Notes: generated by a model not told the origin, from the letters alone. 64,000 nt of DNA from Candidatus Kerfeldbacteria bacterium (GCA_043799405.1 JAZDNT010000003.1:15461-79460); one strand, 5' to 3'; counted from the first letter of the stretch, positions 17,451 to 26,520 are shown. Program-made: numbers and translations.

Positions 17451-17945
17451 TTGCGAACGGTCAACGGACTCGTCTGCGTTGCCATATTCAGGGACGCCAG
17501 GGTAAGAATGAATACGCTGTTCGGGCCTCCGACTACGAACCCAGACCTCTACGAATCGCTTGCCACGAACGGCATCAACGCATTCCCTGATCGTCAGTCG
17601 GCTGCCGCGGCTCAACAGCGGCTCCGGCAACGCGCTGACATCGCCAAGGTAGACCTGGCAAGGCTGCGCCTGCGCATCGCCGACAACGACGACGAGATTC
17701 CGATGCTGCACCGTTGCCGATCCCTGATCGTGATCTACGGCATCAGGGAGGGCAGCGACGTGGAGTTCCTCGGACGCGCGGTAACCGGCCGTCCAACCGC
17801 GCACCCCCTCTCCGGCGCATTCCTCTGGACGAACGGGTTGAAACCGTTCCCTAACTTCGCTGATGCCGAATACGCCGCCCGTGAAGCGCACCGACAAGCA
17901 ATGTCCAAGGCGACAATCGCCGCTTTCTCCCTACGGACATGCTGA
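17451..17945 (+). CDS. hypothetical protein (164 aa, TTG start)
   Basis: TTG preceded by AGGTGAGA within a ~40-nt leader that is conserved with the leader of 18049-18342. Confidence 0.45.
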   Translation: MRTVNGLVCVAIFRDARVRMNTLFGPPTTNPDLYESLATNGINAFPDRQSAAAAQQRLRQRADIAKVDLARLRLRIADNDDEIPMLHRCRSLIVIYGIREGSDVEFLGRAVTGRPTAHPLSGAFLWTNGLKPFPNFADAEYAAREAHRQAMSKATIAAFSLRTC

Positions 17946-18048
17946 ACGCACACGGACAGAGAGCGGAAGTGTGATAGGCGCCCGGGCAGTGCCGTCACGT
18001 CGTTCCGTCTCCCTGTCCGCTTCCACCCAGAAAGCTAGGTGAGAGGAA

Positions 18049-18342
18049 ATGCTGATCACTGAAGTCCTCTTCTGCATGGCGCTGATTGCGCTGGCTATCC
18101 ACATATGGAGGAGACGCGAGGCGGTCCTGTCGATCGGTAACATGCTGGGGGTGATCACGGCTGTGGCGTTGTGGTTATTCCTCAGAATCTATGGGCTGCC
18201 GGTCTTCAGAAACTGGGTGATGACGCTATCACCGCCATCGACAGCTCGGCACGCCCTGATATACATGATGACTTTCGTGACGTACGCCGCCGTGCTCGCG
18301 ATCTACCAGATCGTTCGGCAACGCGACTCCACCAGCTCGTAG
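18049..18342 (+). CDS. small membrane protein (97 aa)
   Basis: ATG preceded by AGGTGAGAGG within the conserved leader. Three predicted TM helices. Confidence 0.5.
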   Translation: MLITEVLFCMALIALAIHIWRRREAVLSIGNMLGVITAVALWLFLRIYGLPVFRNWVMTLSPPSTARHALIYMMTFVTYAAVLAIYQIVRQRDSTSS

Positions 18343-18526
18343 TACCCCGCCCTTTCCCCGCCATGCACCAACTGGTACATGGCTCGCGCCCCGACAGATC
18401 CTTGCCGGGGCGTTGTGCTATCACCACCTCCCCTGTCCTCCGGACATCCCCTCCTCAATTGAGGAGGGGTGGCGCGAAGCGCCAGGGTGGTCATGAAATA
18501 CCGCACTCACCTCCTCCAGCGTCCAA

Positions 18527-19504
18527 TTACAACCGTATCTCCTTCTCCAACCACGGAATATGCTCGTGCTTCCTGCGCCAGAATACATCCTCCCAGATGT
18601 AATGAACTGCCAGCATGGCGTATTTCCCATAACACCACTTGATGTCCCTGCTGATCTTTTGTACCGGCACCAAACGTTTTCCATAAAACAGGCGCGAGTA
18701 GATCTTCTGCTGCCACGGCGTAATATGATCGAACGTACCGTCGTGATGCAGCGCCTCAAACAGCAGAATACGAGCGGTTTCCGGACCAACGCCGTACAGT
18801 GCCATCAGCGTCTGTTTCGCTGCTTCTTCCGTTGCACTTCGCAACGCAATCTCGTCAACGGTTTTTTCCACAAAATCCCGCGACAGCCGTTTCAGAAACT
18901 TTGCGCGGTAGCCGATCTTCAGTGCTCGCAAATCATCCTCCGATACATGACGCAATCTCTCCGGCAACCATATCGCATGCAACGTCTTACCGCCGAATGC
19001 AACGGTCATCCCGAACTTTTTCAGCAACGCATCGAGCATCTGGCTGCTCCTGCGTACGGTCGCGTTCTGCAACACAAGACCGACAACCAAAAGTTCATAT
19101 AAATTGAACTGGGCGGCGTTCCGCATGCCAGTCCATTTCCTGAACACCGGAAAGAACCGTCGATCTCGCCTCGCCAACGCATTAAACTCATGAAGGTCCT
19201 TGTCCAGCTCGAAACGGTACGCAATTTCATTCCGCACCGGCTCCAGTTCTTTCGCGGCAAGGGGTTTCCGGGAAAACACGGAAACCTGCATACTCGGCTT
19301 TCGCTGCGTTCCCATGTTCACGAAGATCAGGCCGTAGAGCCGTTCCCCCATGCGCAGCGTCTGCCAGTACTTCCCCGGAATCCAATCTTCGAGTTTCAAC
19401 ATATTGAGAAAATGCGACGGCTTATGGAACGTACCGTCAAAATGAAACGGCGGCTTCGGGTACAAGGTGAATGATGTTCGATGTGCTAGTTTTATAATCG
19501 TCAA
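18527..19504 (-). CDS. HhH-GPD superfamily DNA glycosylase (AlkA/3-methyladenine glycosylase II-like)
   Basis: LVVGLVLQNATVRRSSQMLDALLKKFG and the HhH motif LMALYGVGPETARILLF. N-terminal FTLYPKPPFHFDGTF is typical of this family. Apparent TTG start. Confidence 0.78.
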   Translation of the reverse strand: MTIIKLAHRTSFTLYPKPPFHFDGTFHKPSHFLNMLKLEDWIPGKYWQTLRMGERLYGLIFVNMGTQRKPSMQVSVFSRKPLAAKELEPVRNEIAYRFELDKDLHEFNALARRDRRFFPVFRKWTGMRNAAQFNLYELLVVGLVLQNATVRRSSQMLDALLKKFGMTVAFGGKTLHAIWLPERLRHVSEDDLRALKIGYRAKFLKRLSRDFVEKTVDEIALRSATEEAAKQTLMALYGVGPETARILLFEALHHDGTFDHITPWQQKIYSRLFYGKRLVPVQKISRDIKWCYGKYAMLAVHYIWEDVFWRRKHEHIPWLEKEIRL

Positions 19505-19526
19505 AAGTCAAATGTTACGTGTTTTC

Positions 19527-19775
19527 TCATACCCCACTCACCTCTTCCAACGTCCACACCAACGATTCCGGATCGTACACGAGCACAAAACTATTTCCCT
19601 CGTCCGACACGGCAAAGCACCACACGAACCGCTTACCCACGCGTTTCCGGTACACCAGGTTCACGCGCTGCACCTCGTACTTCCTCCCGGCACGCACGAA
19701 CGCGATCGGCCGAACCTGGCTGCCGTTGAAATCCGCGAACACCCGAACGTTTTCGTGCACTTTCTCAGTTTCCAT
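19527..19775 (-). CDS. small conserved-looking protein (82 aa), function unknown, upstream of the glycosylase
   Basis: Start moved to METEKVHENVRVFADFNG; the upstream part of the 143-aa track ORF runs through a repeat element. It lies 22 nt upstream of the glycosylase start and diverges from lexA. Confidence 0.5.
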   Translation of the reverse strand: METEKVHENVRVFADFNGSQVRPIAFVRAGRKYEVQRVNLVYRKRVGKRFVWCFAVSDEGNSFVLVYDPESLVWTLEEVSGV

Positions 19776-19875
19776 AATGTTCTCAACGTATTCCGTTGCG
19801 CCGCAGCGGCGAGGATCAGGGTGGCGGGCTTTGCCCGACGGGACCCTAGCCGAGACGCAAGGCGCGACACCATAG

Positions 19876-19918
19876 TAGGGAAGGAGTGGTATCGGACGAG
19901 GAAACCGCAGGTTGCCTC
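19876..19918 (+). repeat. GC-rich dispersed repeat, copy 2
   Basis: TAGGGAAGGAGTGGTATCGGACGAGGAAACCGCAGGTTGCCTC aligns with 7161-7199. Confidence 0.6.
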
Positions 19919-20036
19919 GCCGAATTTTGACCCGAATAAAACCCGAAGTTATCCACACCGTACCACTCGCCTGCGGCTCGTGTACGGTGCAGGCGCGTTA
20001 TTTCCTTTAAAAAGGGCTTATCTTAGGATACTTGAC

Positions 20037-20052
20037 TTCGGTTTTTCTTCGG
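20037..20052 (+). promoter_or_regulatory. TTCGGTTTTTCTTCGG 16-mer upstream of lexA (candidate operator/promoter element)
   Basis: Exact copy of 20845-20860. Preceded by TTGACT and followed by TATACC. Internally a direct repeat, TTCG-N7-TTCG. Confidence 0.45.
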
Positions 20053-20168
20053 TATACCCTTACAGTATCGCGATAACGGACTGGGGTCAAGAGCCAAAAG
20101 AGCGCGGACGAGGAAACTCCCAAACTCAAGCTCTTCCTCCCCTTCCACCATTCATTAGAGGAGGCACT

Positions 20169-20801
20169 ATGGCGCCAGTACTACCACGTCAGAAGCAAAA
20201 AATCCTTCAGTATCTGAAGGACTACATCGGTTTGCATGATTATGCGCCGACGCTTACCGAGATCGCAAAGGAGTTCAATCTTTCGTCGCTCGCGACAGTA
20301 CATGAACACCTCGGCTTTCTCGAGGATCGCGGGTTTATCCGGCGTATTGCCGGCGAGGACCGCGGTATTAAAATCATAGAACGAAAAGCTGATGAACCCG
20401 AGGGAGACTGGAAACCAAGCGTTTTACTTCCGCTTGTCGGTGTCATAACCGCTGGCAAGCCCATTGAAGCAGTTGAGCGGCCTGATGAAACAATCGCTGT
20501 TCCCGAGGAGATCGTACGGAGGAAGAACGCCTACGTTCTTAAGGTTCGCGGTGATTCCATGATCGAAAGCTTGATCGCTGATGGCGACTACGTCGTTGTC
20601 GAGAAGACGGACTATGCGCGTGACGGGGACATGGTTGTTGCCATGCTCGATGACGGAACTGCGACGCTTAAGAAGATCTTCCGAAAGAAAAACTTTGTCC
20701 GCCTGCAGCCGGCGAACAGAGCATATAGGCCGATCGATGTGCCGAACGTTATTGTACAGGGTAAGGTGCTCGGCGTACTGCGTTCTTATCAGCCGGTGTA
20801 A
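20169..20801 (+). CDS. lexA: LexA repressor
   Basis: Start moved to GGAGGCACT-ATG (MAPVLPRQKQKILQYLKDYIGLHDYAPTLTEIAKEF wHTH). Cleavage-site-like ITAGKP. Ser/Lys dyad context RGDSM ... LKK. Confidence 0.9.
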   Translation: MAPVLPRQKQKILQYLKDYIGLHDYAPTLTEIAKEFNLSSLATVHEHLGFLEDRGFIRRIAGEDRGIKIIERKADEPEGDWKPSVLLPLVGVITAGKPIEAVERPDETIAVPEEIVRRKNAYVLKVRGDSMIESLIADGDYVVVEKTDYARDGDMVVAMLDDGTATLKKIFRKKNFVRLQPANRAYRPIDVPNVIVQGKVLGVLRSYQPV

Positions 20802-20844
20802 CGTTATGGATCACAGCAGACATCTTTTTTATTTGAACACAACG

Positions 20845-20860
20845 TTCGGTTTTTCTTCGG
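20845..20860 (+). promoter_or_regulatory. second exact copy of TTCGGTTTTTCTTCGG
   Basis: Lies 4 nt upstream of the ATG at 20865, preceded by GAACACAACGTTC and followed by CTATAT. Confidence 0.45.
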
Positions 20861-20864
20861 CTAT

Positions 20865-21476
20865 ATGAACATACTACGAAACATCATCGCGATCCAAACC
20901 GAGCGCCGAACTGATCTTGGCCCGGCTCTCCCCTACCTGTCACGTATCGGGGTGCTTGAAGTACGAAGCACATCTATCATTGTCGATGCTGGTCCTGATA
21001 TTGGAATGAAACGGCTTCGCAAAAAGCTGATCATGCTTCGAAGCGCTCTTCACGTTATACTCGGCAATCCAGTACGGATCGGTGCGGGATCGGGTACAGT
21101 TGTCAGTCTTGTTGCAGCTAAAAGATCAATGCCCGGAGGTATTACCATTGTACCGCCAGGCAATGAACCATCGTTCCTCGACCGAACGGCCATTGACCTC
21201 CTCCCCGGTATCGGGCGGAGGACAGCGACATATCTAAGAAATCGTGGTGTACGGACGATCGGACAATTTAATAAACTTTCACAGTATGCTGCGGTCAAAC
21301 TTTTCGGAATATCCGGTATCGTTTTACACGACTACAGCCGTGGTAATGATCCGCGCGAAATCATCGCTATAGGTAACAGTGAGCCTGATGTATCTGGACG
21401 ACAATCGCTCTTTTCGGTCTTTTCAAAAAAGCATCATCCTGCCTTAGGTGTTGCAGCAGGCATGGATATTGCTTGA
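20865..21476 (+). pseudogene. truncated, catalytically degenerate Y-family polymerase fragment (palm end + thumb only)
   Basis: VRIGAGSGTVVSLVAAKRSMPGGITIVPPGNEPSFLDRTAIDLLPGIGRRTATYLRNRGVRTIGQF matches the DinB palm/thumb HhH region. The SIDEAF position reads RSTSIIVDAG (acidic residues lost). No N-terminal catalytic region or little finger. Start codon uncertain. Confidence 0.5.
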
Positions 21477-22375
21477 GGTTTCTGTGGAATCGCATTGTTC
21501 GTCTGCTGTACTTTGAATATAGCAAAGACGAGAACGATACCGGCAACGATCTGCTGCCATACGAGCAACTCATGCAGGAAGATCCAGTTAAAGAGCACGG
21601 CAGAGAAAGGATAGGCAAGCTCAACAATCGTTGATACGCTCGCACGCGTTGTTTTAAGGCCTTTGTAGTATATGAGGATCGGGATGGTGCCTGACATGAA
21701 GACGATCGCAATGATCCGTAATAGCGATTCACCATTGACGCTCGAGACAGTTCCGAGCGTTCCCTTCATCGCCATGATCGCAGTAACGGTCAACACCGCA
21801 ACAATGAAACGCAACGCACTCATCGTAACGAAGGAGATTTTTTTTATCGCATAGCGGCCAAATACGGTCGATGCTCCCCAAAGGAATGCCGCGGAAAGCG
21901 CAAAAATGATCCCGCGCGTTCCGTTGTCATAGAACGACCACGCGATCCGCAAATCCGGAAAGGAGATAACGTATGCTGATGCGATCGCGACGACTGCCCA
22001 TGCCCAGAACCGGGGATTAAGCCGCTCACGGAGCACTACGTACGCGAAGATGATCGCAGAGAGCGGCTGAACCTTCTGCAGGAGTATGGCAACCGACGGA
22101 TTGACGTACCGAAAAGAGCTCGTGAACAGAATCGTTGCGAGCGCAGATCCGCCGATCCCGACCGCGCACACGGCGAACCAGTCAGACGAATTCAGCTTTT
22201 TGAGCTCCCGTAGTCGCGGAATGAGGAGCGGAATGAGGATCCCAAGACCGAAAAGGTGCTCGAGGAGCACGATGGTGGTGCTATCGAGTACGCCGGTGAG
22301 CGGTTTGCGGAACAGCGCGTCCGTGCTCCAGAGGATCGCTGCCAGCAGTATGAAGTACGGACCGTAATTTCGCAT
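21434..22375 (-). CDS. EamA/DMT-family transporter
   Basis: 10-TM pattern with two EamA-like halves (MRNYGPYFILLAAILWSTDALFRKPL...). Confidence 0.82.
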   Translation of the reverse strand: MRNYGPYFILLAAILWSTDALFRKPLTGVLDSTTIVLLEHLFGLGILIPLLIPRLRELKKLNSSDWFAVCAVGIGGSALATILFTSSFRYVNPSVAILLQKVQPLSAIIFAYVVLRERLNPRFWAWAVVAIASAYVISFPDLRIAWSFYDNGTRGIIFALSAAFLWGASTVFGRYAIKKISFVTMSALRFIVAVLTVTAIMAMKGTLGTVSSVNGESLLRIIAIVFMSGTIPILIYYKGLKTTRASVSTIVELAYPFSAVLFNWIFLHELLVWQQIVAGIVLVFAIFKVQQTNNAIPQKPQAISMPAATPKAG

Positions 22376-22398
22376 GCTGTACCTTTAAACTCCCGTTG

Positions 22399-22995
22399 CT
22401 ACGGTGTTACGACGTCCTCGTGTTCCCGGAGGTGCATCTTGTCGACGATGACGATCTTCGGGCTCTCAAGGATCGTGTACAAGAAACGATCGGTGAGGTC
22501 GTTCCGGTACTTGAACTCTGCGGGTGTCATCACGGTGTAGGAGATCTCGTGATCGAAATCGTGCTGGAAACGCCGGAGCAACCGTCGCAGCCGCATACGA
22601 TTGATGCTTCCGACGATAAGGACATCCGTCATCGTGTAATCGAGCCCGGAAAAATATCCGGTCAGCGCGAGGTATCGTATCCTGCCGATCCTCTGAAGTT
22701 CTCGGAGCGTCTGCTTCTGCTGCAGTATCTGAGCTTTAAAGAGCAACGATTTGATCTCAGGGTAGAGCCCATGCTCAGTGTTCACCTTAAAAAACCGTTT
22801 TTTGCCGACCATCTCCTCCGAGATCAGTTCGCACGATAAAAGGTTCTCGACCTCACGACGGATCGAATTGAGGTGTTCGCCGGTTCTTCGCACGATCTCC
22901 CGAACGAAGTACGACTGGTCGGGATTGAGGAAGAAAAGCTTTAAGAGCTTTACCCTCGTTCTCGAACTCAAAAGTTGTTCAAGCATTGAGTTCAT
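22399..22995 (-). CDS. winged-helix DNA-binding protein with C-terminal nucleotidyltransferase-like region
   Basis: N-terminal SRTRVKLLKLFFLNPDQSYFVREIVRRTGEHLNSIRREVENL resembles ArsR/MarR-like wHTH. Confidence 0.6.
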   Translation of the reverse strand: MNSMLEQLLSSRTRVKLLKLFFLNPDQSYFVREIVRRTGEHLNSIRREVENLLSCELISEEMVGKKRFFKVNTEHGLYPEIKSLLFKAQILQQKQTLRELQRIGRIRYLALTGYFSGLDYTMTDVLIVGSINRMRLRRLLRRFQHDFDHEISYTVMTPAEFKYRNDLTDRFLYTILESPKIVIVDKMHLREHEDVVTP

Positions 22996-23039
22996 TGGAC
23001 GGTCATTACTACCTCGAGTATACTAGAAAAGCAGGATCA

Positions 23040-25292
23040 ATGGAAGCCATGCCGACCCTACGAACAGAATCCGATACTCTCCTCCTTTCCGACCCGACAC
23101 GCAGCCGGAGCACCGTTCACATCGGAATAGCGCACCCGACGCCTCTCGAAGAGGCGGCGTTCGGTAAACTGCACCTCATCGTCGAAATAGAGAGTACAGA
23201 ACGTATCAACCATGACATCATAAGCGCCCTGCAGGAAGAGCTTCGAACCGTCTACTACCGATCAACGGAATTCACACTTGAAAACGCTTTCGAAGTAGCA
23301 CTCCATCGCGGCAACGAGCGACTCCACCGTTTCATCACCGAAGGGATCACGCAGTGGACGGACCATTTCAACGCCATCGTTGCGGTCGTAAAGAACGACC
23401 TGCTGACGTTCAGCTCTATCGGAAGGATTCATTCGTTCCTCTTCAGGGGTAACCGCATCACCGACATCATTGGAAAGGGAGGGCTGGTCGAAGAGCGGCG
23501 GAACCCCCTGAAACTGTTTTCGACTATCTTAAGCGGTCACCTTCAACCGAACGACCGGATACTGTTATGCACCTCATCGCTTCTCGATTACTTCTCGCAG
23601 GAAAAGCTGAAGCGCCTGATCATTGATGACCTTCCGTCCGCAACAGTCTCAAACATTGAGAAAAGCTTGCTTACGAACAGCGCGACCGCTTCGTTCGGTG
23701 CGATCTTCTTCGCGTTCCTGCCCCAGGAAAACGTTACGAGCGATCAGCCGATCGTAATGCAGGATTCGCTCCGTCAGGCATCAGTACCCGAACGATCCAT
23801 GGAAGAGCTCATTAGTAAGGAACGTACGACCGAGCAGCTCCTATCGCCTTCGGTAATGCCGAATATTAAGGCGTTCATTTCTGAGAGCGCTACGGCAGTC
23901 GGATCGTTCGTTCGAACAATGATCCTCCGACAGCCGCCACGTCGTCGAGTGCCGCGAGGCGCTGCGGAGCTGCCGACTACGATGAGGCCGGTAACAACGA
24001 AGAATAAGTTCTCGCGATCGATCAAGCAGGCCGTGGTTCGATTGCTCATCGCTCTCCTCTCGTTACCCCGTGCGATCGCGAACGTTTTTCGCTATCAGAA
24101 GAAGGTCGTAAGCAACGTTAGGGCTATTCCTACAAAAACGACGGAGCGAACAAACCGAATTGTCCGATGGGTGCAAACCATGACGGCTGGTCAGCGTATT
24201 ATCGCGATTCTGGCGATCGTTGCGCTCTTCGTTCTGAGCCAAGGTATCGTATCTCTGACGACAAATCGTGCGCACGTCGTCCGCGGCGACGAGGCAGCGA
24301 ACGTTGCTGCGACCATTGAGGATAATATAAGCAAGGCTTCTGCCGCGCTTACGTATGGTGACTACGATGGCGCGAAAAAGCTGCTTGACGAATCAGGTAC
24401 GCTCCTTTCGACCCTAGCGAACAAATCCAAGAAAGAAAAAGAGGCGGTTTCATCGCTCCAGCAAAAAATCGATGCCGTTAGAGTGCAGACCCGCCGGATA
24501 GCTACCCCGAGCATCACAGCGGTCGCTAATCTTGCGAGTACCCTGCAGAACGCTCTTCCTACATCCCTCGCGATCGTTGGATCGAACGCGATCGTCACGA
24601 CGAACAAACCAAACCTCCTCATTACCGCCAGTATCTCAAAAGGAACAGTGACAACAAACGCTGACGACACGAACCGGCTTGCGTTCGCTGTTCCGCTCGA
24701 TACGCAAACGGCCGTCCTTGGAACGTCAGAAAGTACGCTCCAAACGTTCTCGCTCACAACGAAACGCATCACGAACGCGGACGTAACCTTCGAGAACGCC
24801 GACCGTTCGATCGTCGCTGCTGCTGTCTTCCAATCTCGCCTCTACCTCCTTGATACAAAGAACCAATCGATCCTACGTGCGCTCCGGACCTCGGCAGGCT
24901 TCAGCCCGGCAACGCAGTGGCTCAAACAGCGCTACCCCGACCTTACAGACGCGACCAGCATTGCCGTGGATGGGAGCATCTACGTTGCGCTCGCGAACGG
25001 TGACATACAACGGTTCACCGCCGGAATAAAAGATGACAGCGCGCTAGAATTGGTCGAACCAGCACTGCACACTCTAACGAAGATCTGGACGACGAGCGGA
25101 TCAACGACGCTCTACATCCTTGAACCGTCCGAAAAACGACTGCTTCTATATACGAAATCGTCGAAAAAATTGAAGGTTCAGTACGTCGATGATCGACTCG
25201 GTGATGCGATCTCATTCGCAATCGATGAAAAGAGCAAGGTCGCATACGTCGTCCTGAAAAACTCAATAATAAAATTCACTGTCGCGCCTTAG
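23040..25292 (+). CDS. large membrane protein, unknown function (possible degenerate PP2C/SpoIIE-like N-terminal domain, one TM, beta-rich C-terminal domain)
   Basis: Long ORF. The ATG at 23040 is preferred over the TTG at 22986, which overlaps the divergent gene. TM helix is IIAILAIVALFVLSQGIVSL. Confidence 0.65.
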   Translation: MEAMPTLRTESDTLLLSDPTRSRSTVHIGIAHPTPLEEAAFGKLHLIVEIESTERINHDIISALQEELRTVYYRSTEFTLENAFEVALHRGNERLHRFITEGITQWTDHFNAIVAVVKNDLLTFSSIGRIHSFLFRGNRITDIIGKGGLVEERRNPLKLFSTILSGHLQPNDRILLCTSSLLDYFSQEKLKRLIIDDLPSATVSNIEKSLLTNSATASFGAIFFAFLPQENVTSDQPIVMQDSLRQASVPERSMEELISKERTTEQLLSPSVMPNIKAFISESATAVGSFVRTMILRQPPRRRVPRGAAELPTTMRPVTTKNKFSRSIKQAVVRLLIALLSLPRAIANVFRYQKKVVSNVRAIPTKTTERTNRIVRWVQTMTAGQRIIAILAIVALFVLSQGIVSLTTNRAHVVRGDEAANVAATIEDNISKASAALTYGDYDGAKKLLDESGTLLSTLANKSKKEKEAVSSLQQKIDAVRVQTRRIATPSITAVANLASTLQNALPTSLAIVGSNAIVTTNKPNLLITASISKGTVTTNADDTNRLAFAVPLDTQTAVLGTSESTLQTFSLTTKRITNADVTFENADRSIVAAAVFQSRLYLLDTKNQSILRALRTSAGFSPATQWLKQRYPDLTDATSIAVDGSIYVALANGDIQRFTAGIKDDSALELVEPALHTLTKIWTTSGSTTLYILEPSEKRLLLYTKSSKKLKVQYVDDRLGDAISFAIDEKSKVAYVVLKNSIIKFTVAP

Positions 25293-25308
25293 CGCACCTG
25301 ATATAAAA

Positions 25309-25336
25309 ACGAGACCGCCATACCAGGCGGTCTCGT
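25309..25336 (-). terminator. rho-independent terminator of rplL (hairpin shared with the convergent gene)
   Basis: ACGAGACCGCC-ATACCA-GGCGGTCTCGT, followed on the minus strand by TTTTTAT. Confidence 0.8.
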
Positions 25337-25352
25337 TCGAATACTTACGTAA

Positions 25353-25760
25353 TTACTTCAAGGTGACCGTTGCTCCTGCATCCTCGAGCTTCTTTTTCAG
25401 CTCTTCCGACTCTTCTTTCGTCGCGTTCTCCTTTACGACCTTCGGCGCTGCATCAACGAGGTCTTTCGCCTCTTTCAGTCCTTTGCTCGTGACCTCACGC
25501 ACAACCTTGATGACAGCGATCTTGTTCGCGCCGGACGATGTGAGTTCGACATTGAACGAAGTCTTCTCTTCTGCAGCAGCGGCTTCGCCTGCCGGTGCAA
25601 CCGCAACAGCTACTGCCGGTGCAGCCGCTGAAACACCGAACTTGCTCTCGAGGACTTTTACCAGCTCCGCGAGATCGAGCACGGACAGTTTCTCTATCTG
25701 ATCGACGAGCGCCTTGAACTTCTCTGGCACTTCGACGGTCTTCTGTTCGTTATCTGGCAT
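25353..25760 (-). CDS. rplL: 50S ribosomal protein L7/L12
   Basis: Ala-rich hinge and C-terminal [24 protein letters not shown]...[11 protein letters not shown]. Confidence 0.95.
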   Translation of the reverse strand: MPDNEQKTVEVPEKFKALVDQIEKLSVLDLAELVKVLESKFGVSAAAPAVAVAVAPAGEAAAAEEKTSFNVELTSSGANKIAVIKVVREVTSKGLKEAKDLVDAAPKVVKENATKEESEELKKKLEDAGATVTLK

Positions 25761-25799
25761 AGTATCTCCTTATCTTATGATGTAGAGTGTATTAATAAA

Positions 25800-26339
25800 T
25801 TACGCTACGGGCGTGCCAGCGTGTTTTGACCGATACCCATCGAGCACCCTGACGAGACCGGTGATATTTCCGCTGATGACGCGAACGAAACCGCTGAGCG
25901 GAGCAGCTACCGAGCAGGCGATGCGCGCGAAAAGGTCGTTCCGGCTCGGAAGCAACGCGAGTGCTTTTACCTGATCTGCGCTCAGTAACGAACGCTCCAT
26001 GATACCGCCCAGAAACGTCAACGACTCATGCGTCTTTGCGAACACAGCCAAGAGCTTTGCAGGGGTAACTTCATCATTGTAACCGAACGTAATTGCCATA
26101 CTCTGCGTGAACGGTGAAACATCGATGTTAGTAAGCGACGCCTGCTCGATTGCGCGCTTGATGAGCGTCTTCTTTGCTACGACATGGTCAATGCCCTCGT
26201 TCCGGAGGATCGTCCTTAGCTGGTTCGCATCCTTTACCTTAAGGCCTGCCGTGGTCGAAAAGACAGCAACCTTCATACGACCGAACTTTTCGGATAGAGC
26301 GCTTACTTCGCTCTGCTTCTTTTCACGTGATTTTGCCAT
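25800..26339 (-). CDS. rplJ: 50S ribosomal protein L10
   Basis: Start moved to MAKSREKKQSEVSALSEKF. Immediately upstream of rplL. Confidence 0.9.
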   Translation of the reverse strand: MAKSREKKQSEVSALSEKFGRMKVAVFSTTAGLKVKDANQLRTILRNEGIDHVVAKKTLIKRAIEQASLTNIDVSPFTQSMAITFGYNDEVTPAKLLAVFAKTHESLTFLGGIMERSLLSADQVKALALLPSRNDLFARIACSVAAPLSGFVRVISGNITGLVRVLDGYRSKHAGTPVA

Positions 26340-26520
26340 AGTGATCGCTGTACTAATTGGATATGAAACACCGGAGCACAATGAACCCCGGGAGAATGGC
26401 CGTTTGCCTGCGTCGGCGCCGTTTTTGGCATTACCTCCGCCTTAGTCCCGCGGAGCGGGACGACGGTGGAGACCGACGGTCTTGGGGTTCAAACGGAACA
26501 AGAAATAGTGTAGCCTACCG
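26340..26520 (-). promoter_or_regulatory. structured 5' leader of rplJ (possible L10-type autoregulatory leader)
   Basis: About 180 nt untranslated with hairpins GTCCCGC-TCC-GCGGGAC and GACCG-TC-GGTC, plus long-range CCGTTTG/CAAACGG complementarity. The family assignment is not verified. Confidence 0.3.

Noticed and set aside
16860-18480. Integron cassette array
   Set aside because: There is no integron integrase or attI in the window. I could not identify the R''/L''-L'/R' attC architecture or GTTRRRY core sites at the ORF boundaries. It is kept only as a generic cassette-like observation.
19467-20168. The N-terminal 234 codons of the 444-aa track ORF that ends as LexA
   Set aside because: A canonical LexA N-terminus (MAPVLPRQKQKILQYL...) starts at 20169 behind GGAGG. 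The upstream part runs through intergenic repeats and the divergent promoter region and has no protein-like features.
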